Assembly (NCBI GenBank): GCA_964508755.1
Contig: CAZDUZ010000001.1
Coordinates: 15,110-79,109 of the forward strand
Length of the DNA: 64,000 nt
Source of the DNA: an uncultured Candidatus Saccharibacteria bacterium
GTDB taxonomy: Bacteria > Patescibacteriota > Dojkabacteria > SC72 > JAFGCJ01
Direction: 5' to 3'
The position numbers were made by a program, and so were the translations under genes. The notes beneath the pieces are model-generated. The model was not told where the DNA came from. It searched no databases and was given only the letters and a program-made list of their open reading frames with translations. Of the stretch, positions 18,685-26,090 are shown one piece after another (position 1 is the first letter of the stretch; each line of letters opens with the position of its first letter).

Positions 18685-18940
18685 GATAACGAGTAGAGAA
18701 GTAACTTTCGAATGCTGATTCAGCAACCGGGGATGTTGGAAGCCCGGCAGCTGCGGGAGTGAACGCACTGCTTGTTTGTTTACTAATTTGGATAACACCT
18801 GAAATTGAGTGTGTTATCACAAGAGTGTGTCGTCTGGATTCTTTTTACCATTCAGATGGCAAATTCGGGTGGTACCGCGGGAAGAAGTAGAAAGCTCCCG
18901 TCCCGTTGTCAAATTGTGGCGATGGGGCGGGAGCTTTTTG
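18685..18940 (+). promoter_or_regulatory. T-box riboswitch leader (Arg-specific; specifier CGC) with terminator, upstream of argS
   Basis: AAATTCGGGTGGTACCGCGG at 18861-18880 matches the T-box consensus AATTAGGGTGGTACCGCGG at 18 of 19 positions. AGAGA (K-turn) motif at 18694. Candidate specifier loop GTGAA-CGC-A at 18759-18767. Terminator AGCTCCCGTCCC...GGGGCGGGAGCT plus T-run at 18885-18939. Confidence 0.7.
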
Positions 18941-19005
18941 TATTGATATTTAAAAACTCTCATTTCTTAAACGGCCATATCACTTTAAATTAATGCGCGA
19001 TTGTA

Positions 19006-21612
19006 ATGAAATTCAAGATTAGTCCTGAGTTATTAAGTAAGTATCCGACTGTCTGTGAGTACATAGTTGTTGCACGTGAAGTGAACAACGAGATTGCCGG
19101 TAAGTCTATTGTGGATAGAATGTCTGTTGTGACGCATGAGATAAAGGAAAAAGGTAAGGAGTTGTTGAATAATGAACGGTATTCGCGATGGGAGCGTGTC
19201 TATGAAGAGATGGCTCGTACTGCTTCTTTGAAACCCTCTGATTTCCACGCGTCTCATGTAGCTTTGACAAAACGTGCTTTTTCTGGAAAAGGGCTACCTA
19301 ATATTAATCCTCTTGTCAATTTTTATAACATGTACTCTCTTAAATATGGAGTTCCCTTTGGTGGGGAGGATCTTTCCACTGTATACGGAGATCTTATTCT
19401 TACTGTATCTAAGGGTGGTGACCTTTATAAGGGTATTGGAGAAAGCATTGTCGAAAAGACAAACGCAGGAGAGGTGACTTGGAAAGATGATTACTCAGTA
19501 ACCTGTAGACTGTGGAATTGGAGGCAAAGTGACCGGACGAAAATTACACGAAACAGCAAGGATATTTATTTCATTATTGATGGATTTACAGACCTTCCTG
19601 ATGTCGAGTATGAGAAATTAGTCACTGATTTTTGCCATGAAGTCCAAACGGTATTTGGTGCAAAAGTTGAGTACGGGAAGATCTCCGCGGAATCACCTGA
19701 GTTTGAAGTGAATTATGTTACAAAAAGTGTTTCTGGTATCGATGCAGAGACAGAAATGTCTTCCAAAAGTGCGTCAGGAAAAGCTAAGAATAAAAACACT
19801 GATAAAACAAAGAAAATTCTACAAAGAAAGGCTGCAATGCTGGGATTAAAAGATGGGAGTCATCTTTCAGAGAGAGTCACAGCCATTGTAGATGAAATTA
19901 TTGGGGAACATAATGGTGGTGGATCATCCACCCTGTCATTGTCGCAAAACTCTCCGTTTGGTGATTTTTCAACGACTCTCGCACTGAAGCGTGCATCTGT
20001 ATTGAAAAAATCTCCACAAGAAATTGCTCAGGAAATGGTACAAAAACTGGTATCAGATCCAAAAGGACAGTCGCTTTTTTCGAGTGTAAGTGCGGCACCG
20101 AATGGATTCATTAATCTTACCTTGTTAGATTCAGTACTTGTTGATGAGTTGGTTTCTGCATACAGAAAAAAAGATAGCTTTGGCAACTCTGAAGTAGGGG
20201 AAAACCGGACAATTCTAATTGAAAGTCCTTCCATTAATCCAAATGCCGCCGCGCATATCGGCCATCTTTTAAATCTTTTTATCGGTAGGGCGTTGGGAAG
20301 GTTATTTACGAAGGTTGGATTTGATGTCAAGGTCGATAACCTCATTAATGATCGTGGGATTAAGATTTGTATGGCAATGTGGGGGGTAGCTAATCTCTCA
20401 GAGTCTAGTAATCCTACTGAGGCTGGTTTAAAGCCAGATCAATTTGTCGGGTTATCGTATGTGAAGGCAAAACAGCTTTATAATGAGGATTCTTCAGTGA
20501 AAGAAGAGATTCAGCAGATGCTTCGGGATTGGGAGGAAGGCAAACCTGAGGTGATGGAACTTTGGAAAAAGGTCGTCGGATGGGCCTATGAAGGACATAG
20601 ACTGACATTTGAAAGACTGGATGAGGTAGAGGGTCATCTTTGGCTTGAGAGCGAAATATACAAAGGCGGGAAAGATGTGATTCAGTCATATCTCGGTAAA
20701 GGAGTAATAGAAAAACTACCCGATGGCGCGGTTATTGGACGTTTAGAAGAAAAATATGGAATCCCTGATGTAATTCTTCTGAGGGCCGATGGGACAAGTT
20801 TGTATGAAACGCAGGATATCTACTTGACGATGTTGAAGGTGAAGAAATTCAATCCCTGGAAGGCTATATGGGTTGTCGGTAATGAGCAGATTGCACATTT
20901 TCAGAAGCTTTTCGCACTATTTGAAGCACTCGAAATACTGAACGTGGATAATTTGTATCATATGGGATACGGAATTGTTGTTGATAAAAAGGGAATCAAG
21001 ATAGGGAAAAATGCAGCCGATGCCACCGCAGATACCGTTCTCGATCAGATGCGAGACATGGCGTTGTCGATTATGAAAGAGCGAAAAATTAAAAGAACGT
21101 TGGAAGATGAAGGGGATATTGCTGAAGCTGTGGGACAGGGAGCCCTCAGGTATGCGTTTCTTTCAAAAGATCCCTTTCTTGGCACGGTGTACGATCCTGA
21201 GTCTGCTCTTTCATTTACTGGTAGAAGCGGGCCATATATTATGTATGCCTATACAAGAGCAAAAAACGTGCTAGGAAAGGTATATAAAGATACTGCTCAC
21301 GATGAGGGTAAAGAGGTAGACTCTCTCTTGAGTGAAGATATTTCTTTATCACCTGAAGAGAAATCGCTTGCTCTTTCTATACTGCAGTACCCGGAGATCA
21401 TTCTTTCTGCTGCTAATGCGTATGCTCCAAATGTTGTTGCAGAGTACTTGTACAAACTTGCAAGACAATTCAGCAATTTCTACGAAAAGATGCCTATTGC
21501 TTCGGCAGAAGGAAACGAACGCCATCTGAGAATTCTTCTTACATCTCTTACGAGTACGATTCTCAAGGATGGTTTATCAATCCTAGGAATAAGAACACTT
21601 GAGAATATGTAA
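19006..21612 (+). CDS. argS: Arginyl-tRNA synthetase with an N-terminal B3/4 (PheT-like) domain fusion (868 aa)
   Basis: aa ~1-230 (ISPELLSKYPTVCEYIVVAREVNNE ... ) resemble the B3/4 domain of COG3382/PheT beta. aa ~300-868 contain the ArgRS N-domain, the class I HIGH motif (NAAAHIGHLLN) and a DALR-like anticodon-binding region (GALRYAFLS), ending ...LENM. Confidence 0.8.
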   Translation: MKFKISPELLSKYPTVCEYIVVAREVNNEIAGKSIVDRMSVVTHEIKEKGKELLNNERYSRWERVYEEMARTASLKPSDFHASHVALTKRAFSGKGLPNINPLVNFYNMYSLKYGVPFGGEDLSTVYGDLILTVSKGGDLYKGIGESIVEKTNAGEVTWKDDYSVTCRLWNWRQSDRTKITRNSKDIYFIIDGFTDLPDVEYEKLVTDFCHEVQTVFGAKVEYGKISAESPEFEVNYVTKSVSGIDAETEMSSKSASGKAKNKNTDKTKKILQRKAAMLGLKDGSHLSERVTAIVDEIIGEHNGGGSSTLSLSQNSPFGDFSTTLALKRASVLKKSPQEIAQEMVQKLVSDPKGQSLFSSVSAAPNGFINLTLLDSVLVDELVSAYRKKDSFGNSEVGENRTILIESPSINPNAAAHIGHLLNLFIGRALGRLFTKVGFDVKVDNLINDRGIKICMAMWGVANLSESSNPTEAGLKPDQFVGLSYVKAKQLYNEDSSVKEEIQQMLRDWEEGKPEVMELWKKVVGWAYEGHRLTFERLDEVEGHLWLESEIYKGGKDVIQSYLGKGVIEKLPDGAVIGRLEEKYGIPDVILLRADGTSLYETQDIYLTMLKVKKFNPWKAIWVVGNEQIAHFQKLFALFEALEILNVDNLYHMGYGIVVDKKGIKIGKNAADATADTVLDQMRDMALSIMKERKIKRTLEDEGDIAEAVGQGALRYAFLSKDPFLGTVYDPESALSFTGRSGPYIMYAYTRAKNVLGKVYKDTAHDEGKEVDSLLSEDISLSPEEKSLALSILQYPEIILSAANAYAPNVVAEYLYKLARQFSNFYEKMPIASAEGNERHLRILLTSLTSTILKDGLSILGIRTLENM

Positions 21613-21656
21613 ATTGCTGAACTCGTACATACTGTTCTGATTTGGTAGTATGAGGT

Positions 21657-22727
21657 ATGCGTGGTTTTCTTCGTTGGTCTACAATTATTCCGATGTATTT
21701 AATCATATTTGCTTTTGCTACCTTGATTTCTTGGTCATATGTGTCAACGGGGACAAGTATCTTTGAGGTTGTAGATTATACGATCTCCTCGCTAAATCCA
21801 AATGAGGACGTTTCGGTTGTTCGTTCTGGCATGAATGAAGATGAACAACAGGTTCTTGGAAGTACGGTCGCTTTTCCCTTGAATACGGAATTACCTAGTT
21901 ATACTCCGTCTGAGCTCTTTATCATCTCTAATGGACGAACGGTTGTCATTCCTTCAGGTACGGTATCTCAATTGATTCGGAGTGACTGTAGTGCGTCAGA
22001 AGGGTCTTGTTTGAAGGTACTTCCCTGTGTTGATGTCGATGCAGTAAGTGCATATGTTGCTACCACGTTACTTGGAATTCTCGATAGCGCTCAGCAAAAG
22101 CTAGTTGCACAAAATGAATATGGCAGTTTTTCTTATATTGCAGATGATTATCAGATAAACCGAAAGTTACTTATCTTTGATATTGTTACCGAATTGACCC
22201 TTCAAATAGAGGAATTTCATCGTAGCGTTTGTGTAGATGCAGAAGCATCTCTGGAAGACATTCCTATAAAAAGCAAACCGTTGGAAATAAATGTAAGATC
22301 CATGATTTCAGCTGGAACTGATGGTACATATGCACCTCACTACCTAGAGATTGATGATTCACAGCAAATGCTTTACGTGTGGAAGAATGGTCACATTTCT
22401 AAGGCATACCGTGTTTCAGGATTCTATGATGAATATGCAGTCTCTGGAGTATTTAACATCAAGAATAAAGCAAAAAATGCCTGGTCTCCCATTGCTGAAA
22501 AATGGATGCCATGGTGGATGGCTTTTTACTATGATGGACGACAAGATGCTTGGCTTGGGATTCACGAGCTGGTGTATTGGACTGATAGCAATGGGGTGTA
22601 TCATGAAGAAAGCTCTGACAGCATAGGAAAAAAGAAAAGTGGAGGGTGTGTTCGGCTTGATCGAGGACTGGCACAGGAATTGTATGACGATACTCCGGTA
22701 GGCACACCTGTGCTCATTCATCCTTGA
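21657..22727 (+). CDS. L,D-transpeptidase (YkuD-fold) with N-terminal membrane anchor
   Basis: C-terminal catalytic block LGIHELVYWTDSNGVYHEESSDSIGKKKSGGCVRLD carries the H...S-x-GC-[VI]-R motif of L,D-transpeptidases. Confidence 0.7.
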   Translation: MRGFLRWSTIIPMYLIIFAFATLISWSYVSTGTSIFEVVDYTISSLNPNEDVSVVRSGMNEDEQQVLGSTVAFPLNTELPSYTPSELFIISNGRTVVIPSGTVSQLIRSDCSASEGSCLKVLPCVDVDAVSAYVATTLLGILDSAQQKLVAQNEYGSFSYIADDYQINRKLLIFDIVTELTLQIEEFHRSVCVDAEASLEDIPIKSKPLEINVRSMISAGTDGTYAPHYLEIDDSQQMLYVWKNGHISKAYRVSGFYDEYAVSGVFNIKNKAKNAWSPIAEKWMPWWMAFYYDGRQDAWLGIHELVYWTDSNGVYHEESSDSIGKKKSGGCVRLDRGLAQELYDDTPVGTPVLIHP

Positions 22728-22873
22728 AACGGGTGATTATCGATTAGAATGCAAAAGTTTAGTACCTGAATTACTATGTGAGTGTAAATACTGTTAATGA
22801 TTCTCTAAGTCTTAATGTATAGTGTACAATACTGCAGATCGTACACTCGATCATGGGTGATCGTTAGAATTTT

Positions 22874-22947
22874 CGGGGTATAGCTCAGTTGGCTAGAGCG
22901 CGCGTTTCGGGTACGCGAGGTCGCCAGTTCAAGTCTGGCTACCCCGA
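22874..22947 (+). tRNA. tRNA-Pro (anticodon CGG)
   Basis: C1:G72 first pair, typical of bacterial tRNA-Pro. Anticodon stem CGCGT/ACGCG, loop TTCGGGT with G37, T-loop TTCAAGT, discriminator A. Confidence 0.8.
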
Positions 22948-24262
22948 TAGGTTCATACAAAGCATTCGTCTCTTCCTTCTAATTTCTTCCTTACATGTAA
23001 TTATTAGACACTTGCTGTTTGGTGGGTGAATTACAATAATGTCGTTTTGGAGGGTTTATGTCAGCGTTCTGGCAGTGGTAGTGGTCGCATGCTATGTTAA
23101 GTGTTTATCCTCATTAATGCAAAGCTTGTTAAAGAATGAGTGGAAATGATTTATTGATGCAGTGTAGGGAGTTGCGTTCTCTCGTGTTTGAGGTGGGGCA
23201 AATTTTGTATTTCTGTTTGAGGTTTCGGGTGTTGAGTAGGATAAGAGGATGTGGATGGCCTTTGAAAAAAATAGATCTGTAGAATAGGTGTCCTACTATA
23301 GGTTTTATTCTTACGGATCACGCTCCTTGGGAAGTATATATTCTTGTTCTCAATGTCAGATGATGATGGAAGAAAGAGTCATCGTTTCATTTGAATCACG
23401 AAATGATTTCCCGACGGGTGGCAGGTCGAAGAGATGAGCTTGTATAGTTTTGAACTCAGAATTCTGTCATCGCTCCATCGAGAGTGATTATTTTTTAGTG
23501 GAGGTCATGATTTGAGGTAAAACGGGTAACTTACTCTTGAGATTGCAAGATGTTGTGTTCGGTGATGGGTAAGACCCAGGGGACGTCTGGAAGATTTGTT
23601 TACGGCGGTGGAGGTAATAGAGCTTGTATTTTTACAGAGGAATGTGTCTTCAACGTTCTACGATGTTGTGGGTTACTTTCGTCTTAATTGCTCATCTTGC
23701 GATTGGTATGGTTGGCTTACTGTGTGGTGAAGGTTTACCTTCATAAGTATAAATTCTAGATTTGAGTTGAGACCTATAGGGTGTGGGTGGGAAAACGGCT
23801 TACGTCACTTTGTTCATATTCTATGATTTCTTTACATTAAAACAATAATTGTTAGTTTGACGGGTGGGGTGGGTGATGGGTTTTATGAAGTGACGTTATA
23901 AGGTTCTAATAAAACCATTCATTAGAAGGGATTGTTTTGATGGATATTGAAAATAGTAATCGGTCTCGCTCCGATAGAAACACTACAGGTCCGTGTTCAG
24001 GGCTCACGACTTTACGTACGACTGTCTGTAATTAAGTAGGGGTGCTGTAATAAGAATTGTGGTGGGTAAAAAATGTAAACGATATTGTGTTTTTTGTCAG
24101 AAAATTAGTGAGAATGGTCAAACGAATTGAAAAGTGATTTATAGAAGATGATGATGTGTAGAATAATAATATAGGTTTGAAATATGTGTGAAGAATTCTA
24201 TTATTTTCTGTTCATTTCTATAGGTGGTTGCTTAACGGAGTAAGAATCTTTACAATGGAATT
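22948..24262. other. 1.3-kb ORF-free, GT-skewed region (no ORF of 60 aa or more in six frames) containing G-quadruplex motifs. Candidate large ncRNA or remnant element.
   Basis: The ORF track is empty here, which is unique in this window. Plus-strand composition is dominated by G and T with very few C. GGGTGGGGTGGGTGATGGG lies at 23862-23880. GTTTGAGGT is repeated. It lies between the tRNA-Pro 3' end and the Lon-like gene. Confidence 0.5.
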
Positions 24263-25618
24263 ATGTCAAATGGAATGGATCAGGCAGAGCAGACAAATCA
24301 ATTAGCGGAAGTACTTTTTCTTCTTCGCAAACTTGAGGGTGCTCGCTTGCCTGCAGGTCTTCGTGAAAAGATTGATGTCATGCTCAAGAGACTTCGTAGA
24401 ATGGCCCGACAGGGAATTTCTGCAGGTGAGTACGAAGCGGTAGCAAAATATATCGACTGGTGTATGAATGTTCCGTGGGGAAGATATGTACAGGACAATC
24501 TCGACTTAAATAACGCAAAACAAGTCATGGATATGCATCACTATAGCCATGACAATATTAAGTCGGTCATTTTGGAGTTTTTAGCAATACTTAAGCGAAA
24601 AACCGAGCTTGGTGAAAGCGAGTACAGCTCTCCTGTCCTTGCTTTTGTAGGTGTGCAAGGTTCTGGTAAGACCACGTTAGCTCGAGCAATTGCGGAGGCT
24701 CTTGGAAGGCCATTTTTCAGAATTTCACTTGGTGCGATAGGACATTCTAGCGAGTTACGAGGTTCTCCATCCTCCGATTACTCTGGTCAACCCGGACAAA
24801 TTATTCGATGTTTAGTTAATTCACAGTGTATGAATCCCGTTATACTACTGGATGAGTTTGACAAGGTGAGCGGAGAAGAGTCATTAAGGAAAGATTTCAT
24901 GGCAATTATGCTTGAGATTCTTGATCCTCAACAAAACCGTACATTTAGGGACTGGTACCTTGATTATCCTGTCGATTTGTCAAAGATACTTTTTATTGCT
25001 ACTGCAAATCGTTTTACGACACTGAGCAGAGAATTGCTCGATCGTTTGGAAATTATTGAATTTAGCGATTATCCCATTGATATTAAATATCGGATAGCGA
25101 AAGATTATCTTTTTCCGTTAGTTTTAACGTACGCAGGTTTGAGACCAGAGGAGCTGGTAATTGATGATGAAGTCTGGCCAGACATTGTGAATCGTTTCGG
25201 CCAAGATCAAGGAGTACGAAGACTTGAAAGAAACCTCCAACGGGTAGCAAGGGTTGTCATAAAAGACATTATGACAGGGAAAACAGGTGCCGTACGAATT
25301 GATCGAAGCAACGTTAATCAATATCTTGAACAGGCATTGCCATCAATTGAGGCAATTCGCAATATCGATTATACCCTTGGTCCTGATCAGGGTATCGGTA
25401 GATCCATTAAAACTGCTTCTGTTGTCGATACAACCGGTGGTGTCGCGCACCTTACTGACAGTAATCCTGTCCCGAGTTCTATGGCATCTACGGACCAAAC
25501 ATCCGTTGTCGATTCTAGTGTACCGGTAACAGCAGTCGCAGATACTAGTACCCTCAGTACATTACCAGATCAAACTTCTGTTCAAGATCAAGCAAATCAG
25601 CAACCTCAACCAATCTAA
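24263..25618 (+). CDS. Lon-like AAA+ ATPase lacking both the LON N-domain and the S16 protease domain, with a Ser/Thr/Pro/Gln-rich C-terminal tail
   Basis: LDWCMNVPWGRYVQDNLDLNNAKQVMDMHHYSHDNIKSVILEFLA followed by Walker A GVQGSGKTTLARAIA, ...ILLDEFDKV (Walker B) and sensor/Arg-finger region IATANRF...LLDRLEIIEF match Lon ATPase-module blocks. The ORF ends after ~120 aa of low-complexity tail with no protease Ser-Lys dyad. Confidence 0.7.
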   Translation: MSNGMDQAEQTNQLAEVLFLLRKLEGARLPAGLREKIDVMLKRLRRMARQGISAGEYEAVAKYIDWCMNVPWGRYVQDNLDLNNAKQVMDMHHYSHDNIKSVILEFLAILKRKTELGESEYSSPVLAFVGVQGSGKTTLARAIAEALGRPFFRISLGAIGHSSELRGSPSSDYSGQPGQIIRCLVNSQCMNPVILLDEFDKVSGEESLRKDFMAIMLEILDPQQNRTFRDWYLDYPVDLSKILFIATANRFTTLSRELLDRLEIIEFSDYPIDIKYRIAKDYLFPLVLTYAGLRPEELVIDDEVWPDIVNRFGQDQGVRRLERNLQRVARVVIKDIMTGKTGAVRIDRSNVNQYLEQALPSIEAIRNIDYTLGPDQGIGRSIKTASVVDTTGGVAHLTDSNPVPSSMASTDQTSVVDSSVPVTAVADTSTLSTLPDQTSVQDQANQQPQPI

Positions 25619-25685
25619 TGGCCTTAAGCAAACCAGCAACCTCAACAAATCTAACGGCCTTAAGCAAATCAGCAACCTCAAGTTC
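25591..25685. repeat. 36-bp imperfect tandem repeat (2.6 copies) spanning the stop codon of the Lon-like gene
   Basis: AGCAAATCAGCAACCTCAACCAATCTAATGGCCTTA / AGCAAACCAGCAACCTCAACAAATCTAACGGCCTTA / AGCAAATCAGCAACCTCAAG, with period exactly 36. Confidence 0.8.
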
Positions 25686-25751
25686 TTCCCTTGTAGCATT
25701 GCAATCGTTAACGGTATCCCCGAGGAGAGTTGATTTTGCTATAATCCGTCT

Positions 25752-26090
25752 GTGAATATTGTAACTGGTATTGATATAGTGGATATTGCTGAGTTTCAAG
25801 CTCAACTCGATCGAGGTGGAGAACGCATGGTAAAGAGATGTTTTTTCGATTCAGAACGTGATAATGCTTCTATTGAGCGCCTTGCCGGGACATTTGCAGC
25901 GAAGGAAGCTGTCATCAAAGCATTATCCTTAGGCCATTCTTCGTGGAAAAAGGTTATGGTTAAACATGCGCCTGACGGAAGACCAATTATTCAGTTGTTA
26001 GATGTGCAATGCTTGATAATATCATCGGATGTATCTATCACTCATACTGATTCCGTTGCCGCAGCTCAATTTGTTGCAATTCTTTCATGA
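25752..26090 (+). CDS. acpS: Holo-[acyl-carrier-protein] synthase (4'-phosphopantetheinyl transferase, AcpS type)
   Basis: GIDIVDIAEF ... LAGTFAAKEAVIKAL conserved AcpS blocks. 112 aa. The stop overlaps the next gene's start (ATGA). Confidence 0.75.
   Translation: MNIVTGIDIVDIAEFQAQLDRGGERMVKRCFFDSERDNASIERLAGTFAAKEAVIKALSLGHSSWKKVMVKHAPDGRPIIQLLDVQCLIISSDVSITHTDSVAAAQFVAILS

Noticed and set aside
22948-24262. tmRNA, RNase P RNA, rRNA, CRISPR array or origin of replication in the ORF-free region
   Set aside because: There is no CTCCACCA 3' end and no GGGG...TTCGACGGG 5' end (only a partial TTTGACGGG). There is no P4-type RNase P motif, no regular direct repeats, and only two imperfect DnaA-box-like 9-mers. 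None of these could be supported.
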